Source: Eledone cirrhosa (lineage: Eukaryota). From it: 64,000 bases of DNA. Below the pieces are notes generated by a model. It was given only the letters and a program-made list of their open reading frames with translations, did no database searches and was not told where the DNA came from. The position numbers and the translations under genes were made by a program. Of this stretch, positions 15,166 through 28,264 are shown one piece after another. The stretch covers positions 395,808,001 to 395,872,000 of the forward strand of contig OZ024741.1 of the NCBI GenBank assembly GCA_964016885.1, given 5' to 3'. Numbering within the stretch: the stretch's first letter is position 1; each line of letters begins with the position of its first letter.

Positions 15166-18100
15166 TTTCTTTATTGGCCACAAGGGCTGACATCAAGAAA
15201 ACATTACAGGCGGAACAGGACGGTACAGGACGGTACGATGTGGGTTTTGTGCGTGTAAATATTTTTATTATTTATATGAGAAAATAATAATAAGGACCTG
15301 GAGATAGTAATTGGAAAAATGTGGAAATTGAGAACTAAAACGATACCAGTGGTTGTAGGCGCTCTAGGAATGATACCTAAGGGGTCTAATGATTACTTAT
15401 CGCAAATCCCAGGAAACCCGCGTATAGGAGAAATACAAAAGATAGTACTAATGGGAACTGCCCATATACTAAGGAAGATTCTGTCAATATAAGTACATCA
15501 CAAGTGTAAACACCTAAAGATGCATGTGTGTGTATGTATGTTCTTTCTTGAACATGGCGGACCTTGTTGTCTCTTGAGGTCACTGGTTGTGACTTGGTGA
15601 TAACTCGTATGAATATAAAACAAGATAAATGCAACTGTAATAATAATAATAATAATAATAATAATACGCACATAGTGGATAGGGTGTTATGGAATCGCTC
15701 CCGTAAGTTTTTGATTTTTTACATATTTAAAACAATTATGATAGAATAATTCTTATTACAAATGGGACATAAGACACCAGTCTTAACTCTCAGGAAGTGG
15801 CAACGCATAAAATTATGGCATAGGTCTCCAATATTTAATATTTAATTTTGTATCAGAAATTTTGTAGTCAAAAAAGAAAATGGTTACAAATGGTCACAAA
15901 TGGAAAAAAACAACAGCCAAATAATTTCACCACCAATACCACCACCGCCGTCGCCACCACCACTATCACAAAAATGTAGCTAGATACAAACCAACAGCTA
16001 CAACAACACCATCACTACAGTATTACTATCCCATCACCACCTTCACCACTGCATCATCGCTACCACCATTATTCCCCCACTACCCCCTGTTAAGAGAGGG
16101 ATGGTAGTAGTGCCACTACACATGACTAGAAGCGAGGAAATCACCAAAAGATATAAATAGACTGATTTAGTGACCCGGTCAAACAGTAACAACAACACCA
16201 AAAAAATAATTATAATTATTGTTGTATCTCTAAACTCTCTCAAAATGTTTCTACTTTTGGCACAAGGCCAGCAATTACCCAGTGCATTACTGGTACTTTA
16301 TGTTATCGACCCCCGTAAGGATGAAACGCAAAGTTCACCTCGGCGGGATTTGAACTCAGTCCGTAAAGGGGCGTAACTATGCTGCAAAGCATAGCGTCCG
16401 ACCCTCTACCGATACTGCCAATCCACCGCCCTTTAATAATTTAATAATAATAATGATAAGCAACAAGTCGAAAAATTACAGAACAGAACACAGACAAAAA
16501 TAAATGCAACAACAAAAGAAAAACAAATTTCAAAAGTTTTGAACGCAACAACCCCTACGTCCTCGTAGCTAAAATCAAATGCAGCAGCAACAACAACACT
16601 AGTAACCGATGTTACTGGTCTTGAAAAACAAAAAGAAAAAAAAAAAACTAAGTCAGACATTACAACATTACAATGAAACTTATGTTTATTTTTTTTTATT
16701 TTTATCTATTTGATTGTTTATTTATTTATATTCGTCTACAACGTGATGGTGCCACGCTAAAATCACCGGGGGTGATGAAATCACTAGGGGTGATGAAATC
16801 ACCAGTGGTTATGTAACCATACATTCACCAATCCTCGATATAAGTGTTTAAATGTCGAACCTAAACAATTCGAATAACGGTGAAGAGGAACGTCATGTGA
16901 AAGACTCACCCAGCAAGTGCTCCCTGGCCCAGCAGCAGGGACCTGGCTGTCATCCAAATACTGCTGGTGATAGAGGAAGAAGAAGAATGAAAGAGACAAG
17001 AACCAACTGGACGAAAGAATTGAATAGAACTGTCATGGAATGTTACCTGAAGAGTAACCCCATGGGAAAAGGCTATAGGAAACGGATGCACAACATCTGG
17101 AACGAGATTGGTCTATTTAAATTAGATGAACAAAAATTGGCCGCACAAGCTCGGGTAATAAGAACTAATGGATGGAGTATGTCAAGCAAGCGAGCCAGTG
17201 GGAAATGAAGGTGAAGAGGTTGAGAGACCTGAGAAAGCATCCAAAGCAGACAATGATCTGAATGCTGAAATAAATAACACCTAGAACAAAGATACGGCCA
17301 TTGAGGAAATGAATGCTGACGGGCTAGGACAAGATTTGGTTGATATCCTGAACTTAGTGGTAGATGAAATGAACAATGATAGTGGAAAACCTATGAACCT
17401 AAGATTTGTAGACAGGAAAAAGTTAAAAGAAACAACAGCTAAGGTAAACACAGTCATCCCATACCTTGAGGCGAGGAACCTTCACCAATGCAACAATATC
17501 CTCAAAGCAACAGCAAATGCGGTGAGGAAATTATTTGACATAAAAACGAGAGGAAACAACAAACAAGAAAGATCAGAACCTTGGTGGAAGAAACGACTGA
17601 ATGGTCAAATCAAGGAAATGAGAAAAGACATTGGAAAGCTTGAGTCCCTACTGAATGGGGCATTACAAAACATAGACACTAAAAGTAGATTGGAAATAAA
17701 GTACAAAACTAGGGGGAAAAGCTAAATATTATCATAGAGGAACTGAAGCAACGCATTGTAGCAAAAAGTGCAAAGATTAGGCGGTATGAGAGCAGAGTCA
17801 GTCAGTATAGACAGAACCGCGTGTTTGACAACAACCAGAAGATGTTGTTCGGACAGCTTGAAGGGAAAGAAAGAGGCAACGACTTGATCCCTGAGGCGAA
17901 ACAGACTAAGACATTCTGGAGAGTAAAATGGGAGCAGTATGTTGAATATAATGGTCAGGCAGTGTGGATTGAGACGGTACAAAAGGAGATTAGTGAACGA
18001 GCACACCAACAAACTGATTTGAGTATCACAGTTAAAACTCTTAAAGGCCAGATGGTGTGCAGGGGTATTGGATTAAAAATATAACATCCCTCCACCCGAA

Positions 18101-21100
18101 ACTGACGACCATGTTCAATGACTGCTTGATGTCGGGTGGGGTACCAGAGTGGTTGACAAAAGGTATCACAGTTCTGGTAATGAAAGACCGAATCAAGGGT
18201 AATGATGTTACCAACTATAGATCTATCACATGTCTGTCCGTAATGTGGAAACTGTTAACAAGCATTGTGTCTGAGGAAATCTACCATCACCTCCACATAA
18301 ACAACTTGTTACCAGACCAGCAGAAAGGATGCCGAAAGAAGTCCCGTGGTACAAAAGACCAGTTACTTATTGATAAGATGTAATGAGGAATTGCAAGAGG
18401 AGACACACTGGTCTTGCCATGTGATGGATATATTACAAAAAGCATTCGACATGGTACCTCATTCTTGGATAACCAAAAGCCTAAAGATCTTCAAGGTGGC
18501 AGATAACATCAAACAGTTGTTGAGCAAAAGTATGAAGTCCTGGTAAACAGAGTTAACATCGGGTGGAGACTCCTTGGGAGGCATGAAGATCAAGAGAGGT
18601 ATCTTCCAGGGAGATATTTTGTCCCCTCTGCTGTTTGTCCTTTCCCTGATACCCCTGACCGTTATATTGCGAAAAGTGAGAGCAGGATACAAGTTGGGAA
18701 AAGGAGAGCTTACCATCAACCACCTCCTCTTCATGGACGATCTTAAACTCTTTGGGAAGAGTGAGAAGGAGTTGGATGTGCTTGTTGTCACTGTCCGTAT
18801 TTTCAGCAATGATATATGTATGGAATTTGGTGTTAAATAAGTGTGGCGTCCTAGTGATGAAGAGGGGTAAATTGAGCAGAAGCAACGGAATCCAGGTACC
18901 AACAGGTGACATGTTAAAGGAAATTGACACTGAAGAAGGATACAAATATTTAGATGTTCTGGAGGCAGATGACATCAAGAACAAAAAAATGAAGGAATTG
19001 ATAAGATCTGAGTACATAATGAGAGTAAGGAGCGTATTAAAATCACATCTAAATAGTAGTAATGTCATAAGTGCAGTGAATTCCAGAGCTGTGTCTATTA
19101 TTAGGTACAGTGCGGAAATTCTGAAATGGAATGTTGCTGAACAAAAAGAAATGGATAGGAAGACTAGGAAGCTATTGACTATCTACAACATGTTCCATAA
19201 GAGGAGTGATGTCGATAGACTCTACTTAAAGAGATCTAAAGGTGGAAGAGGTCTTATCAGCATAGAGGACTGTGTTCAGATGGAGAAAAACAACCTGCAC
19301 CAATACGTGACTGACAGTAGGGAGCCAATGCTCAAACTTGTACTGAAGGAGAAGACAATAGACCAGGGGATGTCCAAGAAGGAAATAACAACAAGGAGGA
19401 AGAGCAACCTTCATGAAAAATCCCTTCATAGTACCTTCTTTAAGAAAACTGGATTTAGAGATCCACAGACATGGAACTGGTTAAAAAGAGGAGACCTTAA
19501 AAAGACTACAGAAGGAATGCTAATGGCTGCGCAAGAGCAGGCCCTCAAAACAAAGTGGGTGAAACACCATATTTACAAGGAGGAAGCTAGCCCACTGTGT
19601 AGGATCTGTGGATAGATAGAGGAGACTGTGGCTCACATTGTATCCGAGTGTAAACACATAGCCCAGACTCACTATAAAGGCTGGAGACATGATGTGATGG
19701 GCAGGGTGATCCACTGGCACCTATGCAAAGTAAACAATTTACCACATTCTGAGAAGTGGTATGAGCATAAGCCAGAGTCGGTGATAGAAAACGATCAGGT
19801 GAAGGTGCTGTGGGATTTTAGGATACAGACGGACAAGAAATTAGAACACAATAGGCTTGACCTGGTGTTTTCGACAAGGAAAAAAGATCATGCCTGATTG
19901 TAGATGTAGCCTGCCCATTTGACACGAGAGTGCAAGAAAAGGAGAGGGAGAAAATTAACCGATACCAGGACTTAAAGTGGGAGGTAAAAAGGATTTGGAA
20001 CTGCCATGAAGTCAAGGTCGTCCCGATTGTCATAGGCGTACTAGGTACTATCTCAAAGAGTTTCCAAGGATGGTTAAAGAAGATTAGTCCAGCCCCGAAT
20101 TTTGGAACACTTCAAAAGGCATGCTTGCTGGGAACAGCAAGAACCCTCCGATACGTCCTGAACATCTGAGGCTGCAGGTAGTCGCTTGAGATTCATTTCA
20201 ACAAACTTTCCAGTTAATGACTGAGACTCAAAGTATAATAATAATAATAATTTATTTATTGGCTACAAGGGCTGACATCAAGAAAAACATTACAGACGGC
20301 ACAGGACGGTACGGTGTGGGTTTTGTGCGTGTAAAGATTTTTATTATTTATATAAGAAACGAAAAAGAAAAAAGACATAGAAACATATATATATATATAG
20401 AGAGAGCAGTTTGAAATATGTATATATACATATATATAAACAATCAAAATGAAAATTCAAACAATGAAAAATTCCCCAATAGAGGGTAAACCTCCGAGGG
20501 TTACTCGTGGCGAAAACCACACAAAAGACCACGGCCATCCTGACCACCAGGGCAAGCGCCCTCTCTCAATTTTTTCCCATTCCTCAAACTACAAGCGTAT
20601 ATTCAGAGCGGTCCCGTTCTCTCGGACCATTCTCGCTACATTCACCCACCTTTCAACAAACTTGCTAGAAGACAGCACTTGCCTCTCCACCCTGATTTTC
20701 CTCTTCAAGTGAAACTTAAAAAAGTTAATCAGGGATTCGCCGAAGAGGATAGTGCTTGGAAGCTGGAATGTCTCCAAGCGCTCACCGCCCTCTACCAGCT
20801 GGGTACTAGTATCGGTGGAACATCCACCTCGGCGTTATATAGAGGACTAGTGGAGAGGAAGAGTGACGACGTTCTCGGGGAGACCCTGGGCGTCGAAGAC
20901 GATCAGCTGTTCGATCTCTTCAAGAGAACTTTCAGCCCGGCGCCTATGGACAACTTCCAGAAATCCCTGGCCTGGCAGTGTTACCGGGAAGCGTTCCCAG
21001 TTCGGGATAAACTCTACAGGCACGGAAGTGCTGTCAGCCGAACCTGTCCGAGATGCGCACAGAGCGACGAAACCGTTATGCACGCATTCGTTCAGTGTCC

Positions 21101-21716
21101 GAGCATTGCTGACTTGTGGAGTTATGTTGAACATTTGCTGTAATGTGTAGGACGGATCCGGTTATCGACTGAGTCCATTGTGCAGATAACCCCGCCGTCC
21201 TCCTTTAAGGAGGAGGAAGGGCAGGCAGTTTTCATCTGCCTGGTAGCCATGGCGAAAGAGATTGTATGGTGGACAAGGTTGAAAGGATTGAAGACAGACA
21301 CTTTCCTCTTCGGCGAATCCCTGATTAACTTTTTCAAATTTCACTTGAAGAGGAAAATCAGGGTGGAGAGACAAGTGCTGTCTTCTAGTAAGTTTGTTGA
21401 AAGGTGGGTAAAAGTGGTGAGTCTGATCCGAGTGAACGGGCCCGCTCTGGGTATGCGCCTGTAGACTGAGGAGTGGAAAACTGAGAGAGGGCGCTTGTCC
21501 TGGTGGTCAGGGTGGCTGTGGTATTTTGTGTGGTTTTCGCCACGAGTGACCATAGGAAGTTTCCCCCCTACTGGGGAATTTTATGTTGTTTGAATTTTTT
21601 TGATATTTCTATCTTCTTGTTATAACCAGCCAAAACACACTTTGTATCGTCCTGTACCATTCTGTGCCGTCTGTAATGTTTTTCTTCATGTTAGCCCTTG
21701 TGGCCAATAAAGAAAC

Positions 21717-21752
<36 letters not shown>

Positions 21753-23191
21753 GGGCGGTGGATTGGCAGTATCGGTAGAGAGACGGATGCCATACTTTGA
21801 CGCCTAGAGTTATGGCCCTTTCCATTCTGAGTTCAAATCCCGTTGAGGTCAACTTTGCCTTTAATCCTTACGGGGTCGATAAAATAAAGTACCAGTAATG
21901 CAATGGGATAATTGCTGACCTTGTGCCAAAAGTAGAAACAATTATTATTATTATAAGTTGGAACGGCTCCTCTTCAAATTCTTGTGGGAAGGACAAGTTC
22001 CGTTGGTGAGGCAGTAATCTGCTGCCAGCACCTCCTACGCGGAGGGCTGGGCATGCCGTGGCTAATGATGCGCAGACATGCGCTGAGGCTGCGACATCTC
22101 CAGATATTCTGCCTAAACGGTGAACAGGTGTGGTCGCCGTTTATCAGACGGGCCTTTCCGCAGCTCGTTTCTTTGACTGAGCTGCAGTCCTGGGTCAAGA
22201 AGAGACCGAGACTGGGTGACTGCCACCTGGAATGTTGCCAGGCACTCACTGCCCTCTACCAAGCGGGCAATGCGATCAGTGGAACTTCCACTCTCGAGTT
22301 CTATAGAGAATTAGTGGTGGGCAAGTGCAATGATGCACTCGGAGAAGTTTTGGGCCTCGACGAAGTCGAACTGACCAGTTTGTACCGGAGGACTTTTGAG
22401 CCGGGGACGATGGAAAATTTCCAGAAATCCCTCGTTTGGCAGTGCTACCGGGGTGCACTGCCGGTTCGGGATAAACTCTACAGGCACGGAAGTGCTGTCA
22501 GACGGACCTGCCCAAGATACGCACAGAGCGACAAAACCGTTCTGCACGCACTTGTCCAATGACCGTGCATTACTGACTTGTGGAGTTATGTCGAACAGCT
22601 ACTGTCGCGTGTGGAACGAATCCGGCTATCGGCTGAGTCCATAGTGAAGATCGACCCACGGCCTTCCTTAGGTCAGGAAGAGCAGGCAATTTTCCTCTGT
22701 CTGGTGGCCGTTGCGAAAGAGGTTATATGGTGGACCAGATTAAAAGGACTGAAGACAGACACTTTTCTCTTCGGCCAATCCCTCATCAACTTCTACAAGT
22801 TTCACCTGGAAAAGAAGGTGAGGGTGGAGAGAGAAGTGCTGCCCCCCAGTACATTTGCTAAAAGGTGGATGAATGTGGCGAGAATGGCCCGTGTAAATAG
22901 GCCTACTCTGACCATGCATCTATAGGCTAGCTAACTTGAGGAGATGGGTGCTCTCCCTGGGTGCCCTAGAAGCGCAGGGTGGTTCAGGATTGGTGGGGTC
23001 CCGAGTCACCCCTGGGTCGTCCACCCCCTATAGGGGAATTTATTTTGTTATATTTATGCATAGTTTATTTTATATTTTTTATATCTTCATTGTTAAATTA
23101 GTCTTGCCATTGTGCACTTTTACTCGATCTTTTACTGACCCTGTCTTTGTATTGTCCCCTACATGTCGGCCCTTGTGGCTAATAAATGAAA

Positions 23192-23241
<50 letters not shown>

Positions 23242-25972
23242 TCTAACCTAAACAGATGTTTGTACGGATCGACTCCATATAAAGGCCGGACAATTTGACG
23301 CGAATTCTGGTTTTTCTCGATATGCCGTCCTGAATAATTCATCTCCGGGTTGGTCTCCAGACACTGATAAAGAAGGCCTCGTTATTAATCTGGGTAGAAT
23401 GACTGACGTCACTGGATTAGTTACTGAAGGAAAATTGACCAGGGTTAAAATTCTATACGAAACTGGAGACATATGGAAAACATACACTGAAACAAGTAGT
23501 GCTATTGCTTCGGTAAGAGTAACAAACGTTTTTCAATTGATACTGTATTTATTTTTCACATAAAAAATGTGTTTTTATTCTATTATATTATAAGGGCGGT
23601 GAATTGGCAGTATCGGTAGAGGGTTGGACGTCATGCTTTCTAGCATAGTTACGTCCCTTTACAGTCTGAGTTCAAATCCTGGCGAGGTTAACTTTGCCTT
23701 TCATCCTTACGGGGTCGATAAAATAAAGTACCAGTAATATACTGAGTAACTGCTGGCCTTGTGCCAAAAGTAGAAACAATTATGTTAGACACAAAGCTGA
23801 CTTTAAAAACCATTGATGATTACATAAATATGAAAAAGAAAGATAAAAACAAAATTAAATAATGAGAAAATGGGAAAGGGGTAAAGAGGGGCAGATCTGG
23901 CTGTATGGGAAGGACTATAAAAGCCATAAATGAGAGGAAAGGGAGAGGAAAAGCAATGACTCTAGGGCCACAGAAGAAAAAGGGGAAGGAGAGAGGGTGA
24001 TGGGCCTAGGGTGCGGTGGTGTTTGGGCTGTGCCCTTCAGACAAAACTGCGATGTATTTACATGTAACATCGTTGTGGTAAAAATCATTGATATTGTGTG
24101 CGACAGCTCACTCCTATGTGTGTGTGTGACAGCTCACACCTATGTAGGTTTAGCTGGCCTCCTCCAAGGTATATCTCGTTGGAGGTGTCTTGGGTGATTT
24201 AATAACAGAGACCCCAGTCCTATCATCTCATTTCTACAGCTGAGTAAACTGGAGCAACGTGAAATAAAGTGTCTTGCTCAAGGAAACAACACATCACCCG
24301 GTCCGAGAATTGAACTCACAACCTTCCGATTGCAAGCCCAATGCTCTAACCACTAAGCCATGCGCCTTCACGCATTGATTTATTGATTTTATGTTATTTC
24401 TATTATTGACAAAAGACCATACATTTTGGTAGCGGAGACACAATAAGAAGGTAAAGTGAAGTAGCTAGATAACAGAAACAGACCTGTATTTGTGGTGTTT
24501 GATGTAGTGATTGCTGTGTAGGCTAGCCTTAGTTCAGCAAACATTATCAAATCATTTCAATCATGACTTCCTCATCATTTTTCGCGGGCACAGTGCACTG
24601 TATACCTAGAAACATATCATCTAATATGTCCTTATTTTTAAAATGCTAGAGAAATTTAAAAGAGATTTGTTTGCTATTTCTAGCAGGACGTTTGATCACA
24701 TATAGAACCCTTCTTTGAGTAAACTTAATTTGAAATGGTAAAATTAAGCTTCAGTGAAATACTTAATTTTGAGTGATGTTTTATAATTTTGAGTGACAGT
24801 TTTAATATTTTGAATGACAGTTTTAATATTTTGAGTGATAGTTTTATAATTTTGAGTGATAGTTTTAATATTTTGAGTGAGAGTTTTAATATTTTGAGTG
24901 ATAATTTTAAATTTTGAGTGATAGTTTTAATATGTGACAGTTTTATCATTTTGAGTGATAGTTTTATAATTGTGAGCGATAGTTTTAATATTTTGAATGA
25001 TAGTTTTACAATTTTGAGTGATAGTTTTATAATTTTGAGTGACAGTTTTATAATTTTGAGTGACAGTTTTAAATTTTGAGTGATAGTTTTAAATTCTGAG
25101 TTATACTTATAATTATAAGTACTAATATAATCATTTGATCTGTTGGTCCTTGAAGTACAGTGTGTTGCTAGTATTTGGTCAAAAGTCCCAGCATAAGGAT
25201 AACTTTCTCCCATCAGTCACAGAACTCTGTAAAGGGTCATGTGCACTGTCTCCTTTCATTAAGCTATAAAAGGATCGATCAACCTTTGTCAAATTGGACC
25301 GAGAAAACAATGTTTCCGTTGGTCTTTTCAGTTGCTATTACTATCTATCGGTCGCAACTCCAGGTAGAAGGAGCAACGTGAAATAAAGTGTCTTGCTCAA
25401 GGACATAACACATTGCCCGGTCCAAGAATTGAAATCACAACCTCATTAAGCTATTAAGCTATTAGAAACTCTTACAACATCAGTCAGGAGTCCAATCTTT
25501 GCTACCTGTGTTTCATTGTTTTCAACAACTAACTATAGGACACCGAATTCTACATTGATTCAGTTGACAAAGGAGGAAGCACGTGATGTTTGTTTCTTTT
25601 TTTGTCATTTCCTTTATTATTATTTTTTTCTTTACACGCAGAAATGCCCATTTGTACCGTCCTGTACCGTCCTGTGCTGTCCTTAATGTTATACTTTATG
25701 TCAACCCTTGTGGTTACTAAAGAAAACGAGGGTCACCGTGGCTTTTTTAATGGGCTTTCTCCAATGGCCCTCGGACGTCTCCCCTCTATTGGGGAATTTT
25801 TCATTGTTCTTTATTTGTTACATCCTCTGTTTTTTTTTTTTTGGGGGGGGGGGGGGGTTACACGCAGAAATGCCCATTTGTACCGTCCTGTATTGTCCTG
25901 TATTGTCCTGTATTGTCCTGTATTGTCCTTAATGTCTACTTTGTGTAAACCCTTGTGGTTAATAAAGAAAGC

Positions 25973-26043
<71 letters not shown>

Positions 26044-28233
26044 TATTAAGGGCGGTCGATTGGCAGTATCAGTAGAGGGTCGGATGTCATGCTTTGACGC
26101 ATAGAGTTGCGACCATTGCTATTCTGAGTTCAAATCCCGCCGAGGTTCATTTTGCCCTTCATCCTTACATGGTCGATAAAATAAAGTACCAGTAATGCCC
26201 TGGATAATTGCTGGCCTTGTGCCAAAAGTAGAAACAATTATTATTATTATTATTATTTGCTTCTTGCTGCCCACCATGTGTTTTCATCGCGTCAGAAAGT
26301 TTCGAGCAAATTGTTGCTTGCGTGGCCATTTAGAGTTTCGTTGAACTATATTGCTCATTTTAATGTGCAGCCATTTATAACTGCAACAAGCCTGTCACTC
26401 AAATAAATTTAGCTTGTGGGGCCTTGGGGAATAGATATGTCTGGTGTATTTAGTCACGTTCTAAGCTTCAACAATGCTAAAGTCAAATTTGTATTTCTAT
26501 TTGTGTTCCAGTTGAAAAAGACACCCGGTTTAATTTCTCTAACACCTGCCATTCGAACTAAAAAATTGAAAATTGTTCCCCAAGACTGGGAAAAAGTTTC
26601 TCTGAAAATTGACGTAATTGGATGTAGTAAGTAGAGATTTAAATAATGTCAAATATACTAGGTACACATTTGAATAGTGTCATATATAGTAAATACAATT
26701 TATTATAATGATATATGAAGTTAATATACATTTAAATAATGCCACATATAATATATAAACATTTATATAATGTAATATATAAATAAACATTTAAATAATG
26801 TCAAATATACTTAGTATACGTTTGAATGTTGTCAAATAGAGTAAATACAAAGTATGATAATGAAATATGAAGTTAGTATACATTATAATAATGTCAAATA
26901 TAATACATAAACATTTATATAATGTAAGATAGAATAAATAAACATTTATATAATGTGAGATAGAATAAACATTTATCTAATGTGAGTTAGAATATGTAAA
27001 CATTTATATAATGTAAGATAGAATAAATAAACATTTATGTAATGTGAGATATAATAAACATTTATATAATGTGAGATATAATAAGTAAACATTTATATAA
27101 TGTGAGATATAATAAATAAACATTTATATAATTAAGATAGAATAAATAATCATTTATGTAATGTAAGATATAATAAATAAACATTTATATAATGTAAGAT
27201 ATAATAAGTAAACATTTATATAATGTAAGATATAATAAGTAAACATTTATATAATGTGAGATATAATAAACATTTCCATAGTGTGAGATAGAATAAATAA
27301 ACATTTCTATAATGTGAGATATAATAAATAAACATTTCTATAATGTGAGATATAATAAGTAAACATTTATTAATGTGAGATAGAATAAATAAACATTTAT
27401 ATAATAAGTAAACATTTATATAATGTGAGATATAATAAATAAACATTTATATAATGTAAGATAGAATAAATAAACATTTATATAATGTGAGATGGGATAA
27501 GTAAACATTTATATAATGTAAGATATAATAAACATTTATATAATATGAGATAGAATAAGTAAACATTTATATAATGTGAGATAGAATAAATAAACATTTA
27601 TATAATGTAAGATAGAATAATTAAACATGTATATAATGTGAGATATAATAAGTAAACATTTATGTAATGTGAGATAGAATAAGTTAACATCTGTATAATA
27701 TCAGATATAGTAAGCAAACATTTACATAATGTGTTATATATATTGTAGTCAGAACACATTAGTGTCGAATGTATTAAGTAAAGATTTACATGTCATTTTC
27801 TCAGTACACATTGAGAAAATGTCAAAGGGTGTAAAGAAGGAAAATTGTTGTTACTTGTGTCTGCGTTTATCCGTTAAATCGTATGTATGTATGTATATCG
27901 ATCGCGGTTAAATCACTGGGGGTGAAGGACTCCTAGCCGTTGTCAGGGCATTCTTCTAGGAGAAGGCACCTCAGGAAAAACTGGGATAACTCCAACATAA
28001 AGCCTATGGCTCAGTAGTTACCAATGATGTTCATCTTTTCTTCTTTTCGGGTTATAGCTACTGTCGCTCAGAGAGTGGGATTGGCTCAGTGCACAGTTTT
28101 TCCTCACTTTAAAAAAAATCTTCATGCACAGGCATTGCTCGATAGCATTAATTGATAATTATTAATAATGCAATGGCCATACTCAATAACGATGGGGCAG
28201 CCATTATCATATATGTATATATGTGCGTGTGTG

Positions 28234-28264
<31 letters not shown>

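Noticed and set aside
21752-21850. Functional tRNA gene
   Set aside because: A/B boxes belong to a multi-copy SINE head; no full cloverleaf is evident.
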